Source: Lingula anatina (taxonomy: Eukaryota; Animalia; Brachiopoda). From it: a DNA stretch of 64,000 bases. A program made the translations under genes and the position numbers. This document shows, in pieces, positions 49,604-60,693 of this stretch (its first letter is position 1; every line of letters starts with the position of its first letter). The notes under the pieces were generated by a model. The model ran no database searches. It had not been told where the DNA came from and saw nothing but the letters and a program-made list of their open reading frames with translations. The stretch spans positions 9,858,001 through 9,922,000 of the forward strand of contig CM120643.1 in the NCBI GenBank assembly GCA_051362555.1. Reading direction: 5' to 3'.

Positions 49604-49924
49604 CAGCGCCATATCAAAACAAACTGATTAAATGAAAACGGTAACTTGGAATCTTTTCAACTGGACTTTGATTCTAATTGTCTAACTGGACTGATGATTA
49701 ATGAACGCATGTCATCGAACTCTTGGCACTATATATTTTCACCTTACCATGGAACATTTTGTAACGCAACACATTTTGTAACACAACATCTACTTATTAA
49801 ACTGTACAGCCTACTTTACTAAATGTATCTACAGAAAGACGGCCACCGGTTGGCGATTCTACAGTAACACGAACAGTTTATAGGCATTTTGCGGCAGATG
49901 TAAATACCATAAAGCCAAGAGCGC

Positions 49925-50073
49925 ATTCAGAACAGCGGGCTAACAGATCCGCGGATCAAATATGGCGACCCGTTAAAAAAATTGCCGCTTAATTCCCGAT
50001 TGGATTACGAAACAAGCAGTCAAGTGGGTCGGCCATATTTGATCCGCGGATCTGTTAGTACCCTGTTCTGAAT
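49925..50073. mobile_element. Foldback MITE with ~45 bp arms; half copy at ~58958-59003
   Basis: attcagaacag..taacagatccgcggatcaaatatggc / gccatatttgatccgcggatctgtta..ctgttctgaat. Confidence 0.75.
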
Positions 50074-50883
50074 AAGCTCCAACACACGAGAAAACTGTAG
50101 TATTCAGAGAGCTCCATTTTTACACAGAAATGCGGGATCGGGGGGGTGGGGGAAGGTTGGGGGAGGAGTCGAAACGAGACAAAATCAAACAATTTTTCAA
50201 TCCCTTTGCCACTAAATATTTCAGTTAAACTGTCCTCGTCAACTATTTTATAATTGCCGAAATTGTAGTCGTGAAGTCACCAAAGACGTGCATATGATTT
50301 TTTTTTCACGGTTTGGCATGTTTGTTAAAGGCACTCTTCCTCGGTTTAAAAATTCCACACAGTCATATTTGTATCATGAAATACTTATTACATCTCCCAA
50401 TTCCGACGTTAAAAACGTTAAAACCCCTGAAAGAAATCTTTATCTGAAGAGTACCCAGTGTCACCTCCTCTGGTAGCCATGTCAGCTTGCAACGTCTGTA
50501 TTACACACAGCACAGGGCTGCGATACAAAACACCGCGCCCTTTTCTTGTGTTGTAAACTGTTAACAGGACAGTGCTCATAGATGCAGACGTCATTCTGAT
50601 ACGACTCCGTTAAACATTAAACAAGTGCTTCATTAAACATTGAATAAAGCACCTTTTCCAAGTGCAGAGGCGCGTCGAGCAATGATTCACAAGTAGGAAA
50701 TTAATTTTGAGGGTAAATTCCGTGTCTTTTTGAACATTTTACGCAAAATATGATTTGGGACCTAGTTTCGATATGGGTGGGTTTGTCGTCAAAGAATATC
50801 ATCGCTGTTTATCGAATACTTCATGCAACTATTCAAAGCTGAAATTGACGTCAAGTGTTATCAAGTCCTAGTGTCTTCCAATA

Positions 50884-51116
50884 TCAACCTTTGAGAAGGC
50901 ATATCATTCTTATTAGCAGTCTTTTATTATGCACTGTCTGAAGTGGGTTTTGGTCGCTTTTTCTACAACTTTTTCTGAATGTTTCACAGTCAACGTCATT
51001 ACACTCATCAACTAAAACACTAAATCCTAGCGAGTTTCCAAGATATTCTCTGCACGCTGTGGCTATCTGCATCACTTTTACAACATGATCCCCTGTAAGT
51101 TCTAATGACTCCTTTC
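50884..51116 (-). pseudogene. Second orphan copy of the dehydrogenase last exon, fused by deletion to former 3' flanking sequence
   Basis: GKESLELTGDHVVKVMQIATACRE is identical to the 60.8 kb exon and continues into a novel 53-aa tail. The AG acceptor at 51117-51118 is intact. Confidence 0.8.
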
Positions 51117-51426
51117 CTGACACTTCAATGAGAATAACACTTAGTAACATAGTATTTAAAAATGGGGTTTTTATCTTCATCTTCATGGCAAGAGTATCAA
51201 TACATGATTTTTTTTTGAGAAATAATACATACATGTTAATTAACAAAAAGGAGAAAAATACAACAAGAACAATATTTTGTTGATTTTTAATATAGTGAAT
51301 TCATTAAAACAGCATCTGTTGATGAACTAGACCGGTTTCTAGGAAGTTGCAAAAATAAGTGGTTTCACGTACGTGAGTCTTGTCCTTTCCTTGAATATCG
51401 GATTAGCAGTGGAAACTTTAACATTA

Positions 51427-52551
51427 GGCCACACTTTTTTAATTTTATGGATGACATCCTGCGCGCGCACCGATTTTCGTCCGTTCTCCAAAAAAAAAAA
51501 AAAAAAAAATCCCCCCCCCCAAACCGCTCACCCCCCCCCCCCCCCCCCCCCCGAGGAAGTTGGTTGTCGCAAACATCGTTATTGAATTTGCAGGAAAATG
51601 CAATCGGCAATTCTCGGCTAATTCCGCAAGCTCTTAAGAGATTTTAACAAAAAACCAAACTTTTTAGAAAAAAAACAGGGACTAACTTTGAATGTAAAAA
51701 TGGATTCATAACCATTGGTAAGTATGGGAAAATTGTTGTTTACTCCAGGAAAATTCATTTTTTGGCCGAAACGAAGAGTTATTATTGCTTTAATTTCAAA
51801 ATACACGACAATTAAAGTCATAAAGAGAACGGGGGCCGTCTTTTTGGATTGGTTTGCCATTGATATTGGACATGGAGATATCACCCTTTTACAATTATAC
51901 GAAAGGCTTGCCGCGGCCAGCGATCATCGCCCGGAAAATTTCAGTGACATTCTGTCCAGAGCAGCACATACCAGTTTCTTTTTGGAGCAAAAAAAGGGTC
52001 GACAAGAGCGTCGTGGTATTTGGTGGACTGAAGGTCGGACAGGCCACCCGATAGTTGGCTGCTAGCTTTTGAGTCGAAGTAGACAAAATGGCATCGACTG
52101 AAATTACCTTAGTAGTAGGAAGCATAGGCCTATCTTTGCTTCATTTTTTTAACAATTCTGTGAAGTGTTTACAATGCTTTAATTTTCTGAGAGTACAAAT
52201 TAAGACACGCTGTTTACTTGATATTTGTTTTATTGGATGCTATACCAACAGAATGCATGAAATAACCTTAAATAGATTTGGTAATATGCAGCATATATAT
52301 TCATGACTTTTTACCTTTCTACGAAATAGGCCCTATTCACAAAGCTTTAATATTTTGAGAGCATGGATAAAGACATGTTGTTAGTTTGATACGTGTTTCT
52401 GTGGTAAATTAGTGTTTCCAGCTGTGTACTGAAAACATAACTTTTCTTAAGCATTTTTTTTTTTTTTGGACTGTTTTTTTTTTTTTCGCCCGCTCGCACC
52501 GACTTTGGGGTCCCCAGAGGATGTCATCCATAAAAATAAAAAAGTGTGGCC
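51427..52551. mobile_element. Non-autonomous DNA transposon with TTA target-site duplication (PIF/Harbinger-type TSD)
   Basis: TIR ggccacacttttttaattttatggatgacatcct / aggatgtcatccataaaaataaaaaagtgtggcc. The empty site cattagcgtcgac is seen in unit A at ~47209. Confidence 0.85.
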
Positions 52552-52877
52552 TTAGCATCGACTTTGTGACAAAGATAATTAACGCAACCGTTATGATCAA
52601 TAGCGAGAGGTAATACAGAAGTCTCGTCTTAAAATTTACTTTCCAACATAACTTTATTCACACGCTGCAACCCGTGCGACTACATTTGTTATACCTCCGC
52701 ACATCATGCAGATCATTATGTGACGTCACATGCCCCCCCCCCCCCCCCCCCGTCTATAGGCACGTCTTAATTCGAAACGAATTTTTTTAACGCCACATTT
52801 TTTTCATAAGCTGACATAAAACTTATCTGCGTAAATACAGTGTAACATAAATTTTAATTTTTCAACATCGACGTTAA

Positions 52878-53212
52878 AGGGATAATAACTCTTCGTTTCG
52901 GCCAAAAAATGAATTTTCCTGGAGTAAACAACAATTTCCCATACTTACTAATGGTTAATGAATCCATTTTTACATTCAAAGTTAGTCCCTGGTTTTTTGT
53001 CTAAAAAGTTTGGTTTTTTGTTAAAATCTCTTAAGATTTTAACAGAGTATAGCAATCAATGGAGGTCACGTGGTCTAAAGACAACCTCAGATATCAGAAT
53101 AATAGCTATAACTGTTGTTTTTGTGGTAAAACAGAATATTTTATATTTCTTTGAGTTATTCACAATGTTTTTATTGAGAAATATGGATCTCATACGAAGA
53201 GTTACTATCACT
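52878..53212. mobile_element. Non-autonomous TTAA-targeting DNA element (Kolobok-like termini); related fragments at ~51635-51792 and ~14320-14455
   Basis: TIR agggataataactcttcg / cgaagagttactatcact flanked by TTAA on both sides. The empty site cgacgttaaatataagagc is in unit A at ~47540. Confidence 0.8.
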
Positions 53213-53416
53213 TTAAATATAAGAGCTTAATTAAAATCTAAAATATAAATCCGCTTAACATGAAACAGTGGTCAAAATATACAGAACAGAAAGAAACAAA
53301 AACTTATTGCAATTTATGATATACGTGGATGCTATGCTTTTTTTTTCTCTAGAAAGGTCGTTATCCATTATAAAACAAGTGTCCGTCCGTCGACTATTTT
53401 GCGATTGGGATGTACA

Positions 53417-54511
53417 TAATAATAATAATATAATAATAAGATTCTTATATGGCGCCTTCCATTCTATCTCAAGGCGCCTTACAATAATGGCTAATATACT
53501 AAAATGACTACAATATTTTAATCATAAACTCTCATTGGAAACCATTTAAAATTTACACTACTAAAAATCAATCTTATTTTAAAAAAAACATATATATATT
53601 AAAATAAAATCTAAGAGATATAGACAGAATTAAAAATGTGGGTCTTTAAAAGAGATTTAAAATTGTCAAAGTCTTCTGTTTTTCTAATAAAATTTGGTAG
53701 ACCATTCCACACTTTTGGGGCGTAGATTATAAAAGCACGATCTCCATAACTTTTTAGGCACCCCTTCTCTAAAACAGAATGTTCTAAAATAAAATCATTC
53801 TCAGTATTAAAACGTGTGGACCGCCGTGGTAAGTTAAAACAGATAAGATCAGATAAATATAATTGTCCTTGTGAATGGATCGCCTTAAAAATAATACAAA
53901 GTACTTTAAAATCAATCCTCTGCTTCACAGGCAGCCAGTGTAATTCTTTCAGAATGGGAGTGATATGGTGTGTACTATTGTACTTAATTTGACAAACCAG
54001 TCTTGCAGCTGAGTTTTGAATAACTTGTAACTTTTTAATCTGATAGTCACAAATACCAAAGAGGAGACTATTGCAGCAATCTAATCTCGATGATATAAAT
54101 GCATGTACTAATTTTTCAGTGGTTTTGTTATCTAACACTTTCCTTATTTTACCAATGCGCCATAGTGCATAAGATGCTGATTTACACACTTCAGATACAC
54201 GCTTGCCCATAGTGCCATTTTCATCGAGGGTAACTCCCAGATCTTTTACAGAACTAGATGGTTTTATAAGAACATCTCCTATGCAAATGTTGGCATTTGC
54301 TACATTTTTTCTATTTGCCTTGAACCTTAATGTAAACCATATCAACTCAGTCTTACTATCATTTAAAGCCAACATGTTCACTTTCATCCATTCTCGAATC
54401 TCTGCAAGACAAGTCTCCATAGAAGTGATTGTTGCAGACTGGCTGCTCTTGCATGTAATATATACTTGTGTGTCATCTGCAAAAATAACAGTGTTCAGAA
54501 TAACAGAATAC
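53417..54511 (-). mobile_element. 5'-truncated LINE (L2/CR1-group) retaining the RT C-terminal ORF (53611-~54490)
   Basis: FADDTQVY, LALNDSKTE, VKDLGVTLD, LVHAFISSRLDCCNSLL, LQVIQNSAARL, HITPILKELHWLPV and GDRAF..APKVWN motifs, with a (TTA)n tail at 53417-53438. TSD atgtaca at 53410-53416 and 54512-54518; empty site in unit A. Confidence 0.93.
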
Positions 54512-55120
54512 ATGTACAACAAGGTAAACTCGTTAGCGAATCAATGACACAGTGGTGCCCTTAGAATCCGAAATGTCCTCCTCCCCCCCCCCGCCCCCCC
54601 CCCACCACCACCACCACCAAGCCCCATAAGCATAACAAGCAAAGCAATAATAAACATGTAATTTTCCGTCCATCAGAACTACTTGTAATAGAAAAATCAT
54701 CCCAGTCTACTATTTAACATATATGTTCAACGAAACCAGGAAAAAATATCATCCTTGTGCAAAATCTTGCACCGCTAACTATTTACCACTAGTTTTGGAG
54801 GTGTTTACTAGTATACATAAATAGCCCATGATAGTCTTAGATGCAGATATAGAGTACGAACATATAATAATAATCATAATAAAAATAATAATATGTTATG
54901 ATAATAATCAAATAAAAACATAAAATGAAAATGTAAACAAAATAAATGAATGGTTGATATTATTGTTTTAATCTACGCTAAACTGTAACAACAGCGTTCT
55001 AAGGCAAGTTTTAATAAATGTCCTACATGAACGATGTATTAAATCAAATTCTGGTGTTTGGAATACAGGCAACTTTCAAACTATACCAACATATGTTTCA
55101 AAGCTATTTGACATGTTTGC

Positions 55121-55987
55121 TTATTTAATACATATGGACACTACCAGATATAGAGTGACAATAATGCCTGCCTGCCAATAAATGTTAGAATTCCCGTCTT
55201 GTAATTCAGCAAAATCTTTCGTTTTTCTCCTCCTTTGCTTAGAGGTATTTTTGGATACAGCAATACGCTTAGTGTCCTCAGTTTGTAGATCTATGACTTC
55301 ACAGGAAGTGTGATTGTGGTCAATCGCACAAATTCCTTCATCATGATCGACGCAAAAAGAAATCATTTGGCGTCTATGTCGAAGGCACATTTCTTCTTCA
55401 GCAACATAAGCAATGTCGTGCATTTCGTGTTGTTCATTTCTTTTGTCCTGCAAGTGCTTGTTCTTGTGCTTATCGCAAAAGGATACAACGGGACTGCAGG
55501 TGAGGCACCGCGACGTTGCTTTTACGTTTTTGCTTTTTTCATGACACAGATAACAGGTGGGATCTTGGTCCGGCAGCTCGACAGAATTCTCCTCTTGTAA
55601 TTCAGCTAAATCTTTCGTTTTTCTCTCCCTTTGCTTAGAGGTATTTTTGGATACAGCAATACGCTTAGTGTCCTCAGTTTGTAGATCTATGACTTCACAG
55701 TAAGTGTGATTGTGGTCAATCGCACAAATTCCTTCATCATGATCGACACAAAAAGAAATCATTTGGCGTCTATGTCGAGGGCACATTTCTTCTTCAGCAA
55801 CATAAGCAATGTCGTGCATTTCGTGTTGTCCATTTCTTCTGTCCTGCAAGTGCTTGTTCTTGTGCTTATCGCAAAAGGATACAACGGGACTGCAGGTGTG
55901 GCACTGCGAAGTTGCTTTTACCTTTTTGCCTTTTTCATGACACAGGAAGCAGGTACATGTAGGATCCCGGTCCGGCAGCTCGGCCAT
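55121..55987 (-). CDS. B-box-type zinc-finger protein, copy B (288 aa): two tandem (B-box1+B-box2) modules + C-terminal hydrophobic tail
   Basis: Open ORF with a 396-nt in-frame internal duplication. Motifs CFLC..ATSQCHTC..FCDKH..KH and CPRH..FCVDHDEGICAIDHNH..C; the protein ends IYWQAGIIVTLYLVVSICIK*. Confidence 0.78.
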   Translation of the reverse strand: MAELPDRDPTCTCFLCHEKGKKVKATSQCHTCSPVVSFCDKHKNKHLQDRRNGQHEMHDIAYVAEEEMCPRHRRQMISFCVDHDEGICAIDHNHTYCEVIDLQTEDTKRIAVSKNTSKQRERKTKDLAELQEENSVELPDQDPTCYLCHEKSKNVKATSRCLTCSPVVSFCDKHKNKHLQDKRNEQHEMHDIAYVAEEEMCLRHRRQMISFCVDHDEGICAIDHNHTSCEVIDLQTEDTKRIAVSKNTSKQRRRKTKDFAELQDGNSNIYWQAGIIVTLYLVVSICIK

Positions 55988-56172
55988 TTCGTTGAAGAGT
56001 GGCAACAGTGAAAGGTGGAGAGATAGATAGATACCGCTGAGGTTTACCTTAGCACTATCTGGATGAAAACAAAATTGAAAAGTATGTCTATGTCTGTTTC
56101 GTTATAGGCCAACATAAATGAATCACGCTAAAAAGGCAAATTAACTTTAAAAATGTCAACTTTCAGAATTCG

Positions 56173-57657
56173 GGGCCCGGTTGCACCAACGGGGCGTATA
56201 TTTACTCGGATACGACTGTCGTAAACCGAAACGCCCGGCGTTCATGCGCCAGGTTTACTCTCCCTGCTTACGTCCGTTGCACCAAGACAAAAAATGGTCT
56301 TAAGCCTTGGTCACAACCGGCCGCACGGGCTCTTACGGGCTGTTTGCGTCCAAATTTTGCGCTGAATCTCACGCAAGCCCTTCTTCTGCAATTTCGAGTT
56401 CGCAGACAGCACGTAAGCACGTACGGAGGATGTTGGACATGTCCAAAAGATTCTACGAATAGCCTGCGAACAGCGAGGCCGTAAGCGTAACTTGCTCCCC
56501 TCGCCCGGAGTTAACAAACAATGAAGGAGTAAGTGCCCTTTGCGAGTTGAGTAAGGCGCACGCCCTCACAACTAATGAACAAAGTCGAGAGCACACTGGA
56601 AATGCGTCGCACGTGCGTCATCCCCACGCCTGCTGTACGCTCGTGTCTTTACAAAGAACGTGTAGCGTGTACAACAATTTTTGAAAATTTCAAATTTTTG
56701 CTCAATTTAGTTTCTAATATGCCTCCGAATGGCAAGAGAAAGAAGTTTACACAGTAGAAAAAAGGGAGGAGGAAGAAGAAAGAAGAGGAGAACAGGAAGC
56801 AAAACTGACATACACCGTCAGTAGGTCACCACAAACGTGTGAGGCAAGTGTGAAGTATAACTGACGCAAAGGGCACTACTTTCGCCGTGCGTTGCATTCC
56901 CTTCGTAAGTGGTGAGTGTGTGCCACGTACACAGGAAGTAAGAATAACTCAAGAAATGAGTACAATTTCCACGGCCATCGCTCCTTGCAATTAGCGTCCC
57001 TGCTTGAAAGGACATCTCATGTGGCCCTTGCGACTCGCAAGGCAGTAGGCTTTCCTCTACCTCTACGACCTCCACGGCCTCCGCAACACCCAAAAATCGC
57101 AGGGGACGTACGATCCTGAAATTCGTGCGTCCGGTTGTGACCGAGGCTTTAACTACGCCCGAGTAACGCTTCGTTGCATCACAATACGCTGATGGTATAA
57201 TTGGGCAAATGAGGAGATCGCAACTGCAGTCATCGGAGGATGACAGCATAAATAAACACAAAATGACCATTTCAGTGCGAAGAAATTCATAAGCTACAAT
57301 ACTCCATTTTAAACAAGAAATTAAAACGTTAAAATATGTTTTTGCTGTTGCCTTGTATACATAGCAATAAAATCGTAAATGTATTCAGAATCAAAATATC
57401 ATTATAATGTTGAAAACAAAAAACCCTGGTTTGACTGATCCCTGTTGTAAATGAAAAAAACGCATTGGAAGAAATACGAACACGTTTAACGCTAACATTG
57501 CTTTCTTTTTTTTTTATAATTTTACAAGTCTCAACAATTTCATGACCTTCTTATCTACAGTTACACCATGTGATATCATTTACATTACGCGAGCTTACAT
57601 CTTTCAGTTAAAAAATACAAGCGCCCAAATACAAATTATATGAGCCCTAAAATGTTG

Positions 57658-57692
<35 letters not shown>

Positions 57693-58017
57693 AAAGGCCC
57701 GGATCAAATCTAGTCCCATGTATAAAAAGCCCAAACCCCATGTTTATTACGCCCTGGCTGGGCTCATTCTTTATGGTGTCTTTGCATTGTTAACAGCATA
57801 ATGGGCAAGTTAAGTGACCAATATGCCAGTTTGTTTGTATGGCATGTGCATTTTTAATTTAACCTATCTTTAGTAAATGTTACTAAATCAATCAATCTTC
57901 TTTAAAAATTAAATATCTTTAAAAGTATCATCCTCCGATGTATTTTACAAATCACAGGTAATGAAATACAAGTATATATCTCATTCGCCACATCTGTAAG
58001 TATCATAATATGTACCT

Positions 58018-58099
<82 letters not shown>

Positions 58100-58358
58100 C
58101 AACCCACATTTTCCACGTTCACTACGATAATTGTCATCAAACTCTCTCTGTGCTAGCCTAGCCATATTTAAAAACGAGCTATGACCGACTTACTCCACCT
58201 AGCTGTCAGGCGTAAATTTACGACTAAGTTAAGAACAACGTAATAACCACTATTCCAGTTTGGTGCAACTGGCTTTTCTCAGCGGCAGCATTTTGCGCCC
58301 GATTAACGCCGGTGCAACTGCTACGCCACATTTACGACCGGTGGGTGCAACCGGGTCC
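56173..58358. mobile_element. ~2.2 kb non-autonomous TIR element (possibly Harbinger-derived) in the intron of B-box copy B
   Basis: TIR gggcccggttgcacc / ggtgcaaccgggtcc, with subterminal ttgcacc/ggtgcaa repeats. It is absent from unit A and has no intact transposase ORF. Confidence 0.7.
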
Positions 58359-60693
58359 TACATGTATTTCTTTGGTTGCACTATTCCAATGCTGCAGTCT
58401 TACATGAAAACCAAACTTACCACGTCTTTTCCCTGCGTAACACTTGGGGTGTCAAAACGAACTGACATACACGGACTGACACTCAGAAAAGTATGAAATT
58501 CAGTCAGTCAGTACCACTTGTTTAAAAAAAGAAATTGTACATGCAATGTACCTGTGCTCCTGTTTTACTACGTGATCTATCTCGCGCTCTTGCGTCAGTC
58601 GATTGGCATGAATTTTAGCCAACTAAGCATTTTAATCATACTGAAGTACTGATATATATTTTTATGTATAGATATTTACACACACTCCAGCGCCATATCG
58701 AAACAAACTGATTAGATGAAAACGGTAAACTGGAACCTTTCCAACTGGACTTAGATTCTAACTGGACTGATAAATAATTAACTCATGTCATCAAACTCTT
58801 GGCACAATATTTTTTTCACTTCACCATGGAACATTTTGTAACGCAACGCATTTACTTATTTAACTGTACAGCCTACTTTACCATATGTATCTGCAGAAAG
58901 TCGACCACCGGTTTGCGATTCTAACACGAACAGTTTATAGGCATAAAGCCAAGAGCGCATTCAGAACACCGGACTAACAGACCTGCAGATTAATTACGGC
59001 GACCCTCTTTTATATTTGCCGAACGTGTGCTTGCGAAGTCACCGATAAAGTTATCTTTGCCCCCCCCCCCCCTCAACCTGAAGTAAAACCTTGGATCCCC
59101 CAGTGAATAATTTTTTCTCATGGTTTGGCACGTTTGTTAAAAGCAATTATCCCCCATTTGAAAATTCCCCATAGTTATATTTTTTATCCTGAAAAGCTTC
59201 TTATATTTCTTAATAAGACCTTATATACGAAAAAAAAACCTGGAACAAAATGTTTAGCTGAAGCGTACTCAGTGTCGTCTTCTCTGGTACCCATGTTAAC
59301 TTGCAGCGTCTGTATCATACCAGGGAATTATATAGGATATGATTCCCTGATCATACACAGCACAAGGATGAGATACAAAACACCGTGTCCTTTTCTTGTG
59401 TTTTGGTCTGAAAACGGGACCATCTTCAGTAAAGGCCAGGAATGCAGATCGACATCCCGATACATCTTCTTGTACTAAACGACGGGTCAGTTATTATTTT
59501 AAAGAACTTACACTCTTAAAAGAACTCGTCGTTTCCAAGTGCAGGGACGCGTCGAGCAATTATTCACAAGTAGGAAAATTTGCTTTTTTTCCCCTCAGAG
59601 AAATTAATTTTGGGTGTAAATTCCGTGAACATTTTACGCAAAATATAATTTGGGACCTAGTTTCGATATGGGTAGGTTTGTCGTCAAAGAATGTTATCGC
59701 AGTTTATCGAACACTTCATGCAACTATTCAAAGTCGAAATTGACGTCAAGTGTTATCAAGTCTTAGTGTCTTCCAATATCAACCTTTGAGAAGCCATCAT
59801 TCTTATCAGCTGTCTTTTATCAGGCACTGTCTGAAGGCGTTTTATTTTTGCTTTATTACTTGTAAAAGACGAAAAAAGAAGAACATACCCGGTACATGTA
59901 CATTACTATATTGTCTAATATAAATTTTTGGAATGATAACCCTCTTAATATATATTTTTTCGTAAGAAAGATAAAGAAACATAAGTTCAATGTTTACCAT
60001 TATTTTTGGGTTAATATATGCTCAGTCTTTATTTAAATCCTTACTCTATTTCAGAAAAGTTACTTGAGAAATAATGTATACTCGTATAGCCAAGAGAAAA
60101 GGGCATGGCGGAAGAGTTTCTGTCGTAAAATAATTCAGAAGTGCGTTTTGATCGCTTTTTCGATACCTTTCCTCTGAATGTTCACATTCAGTGTCATCAT
60201 ATTAATCAACTAAAACACTTAATCCTCCCGATTTTTCCAAGATATTTTCTGGACTTTGGTCGTCCTTATGAAATTGTTCTAAGCCTCAGTGTAAACAAAA
60301 GTCACGATTTTTGAAGACTTTTTCACTAATGTTTTAAACATGCTATAAACAAGTTATAGATATCAATCACAAGGCTTGGTTTTGAAAAACCTAACTTTGC
60401 TCCATATGCCTGAAAATTAGCATATATAAACTTGGGGACCGTTTCCAGACTCTATCGTACTAACTGTGGATCAATCTATCTCCAAGGAGATTCTCACTAA
60501 ATTGGAATTAACTTAAGCAATTTAGATGCCTGTCATGCCTACTGAAGCTGCTAAGGGGTTATTAATTATAGTTTAGCAGCTTCTGTGGGCATGCGAGACA
60601 TCTTAGCCGCTTAAGCTGAAGGAGTGAAAAAAACCCCTTGGAGATGGATCGATCCTGCTAGATCGGTCTAGGTATGGGAGCCCAGTCTTGGTC

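Noticed and set aside
50884-51246. Independent 120-aa gene
   Set aside because: It is intron sequence plus a duplicated exon plus former flank, with no supported start or upstream exons.
56575-57270. ORFs inside the 2.2-kb TIR element as a transposase
   Set aside because: No DDE motif is recognisable. There is only a short MPPNGKRKKFT fragment followed by a stop, which is insufficient to call a gene.
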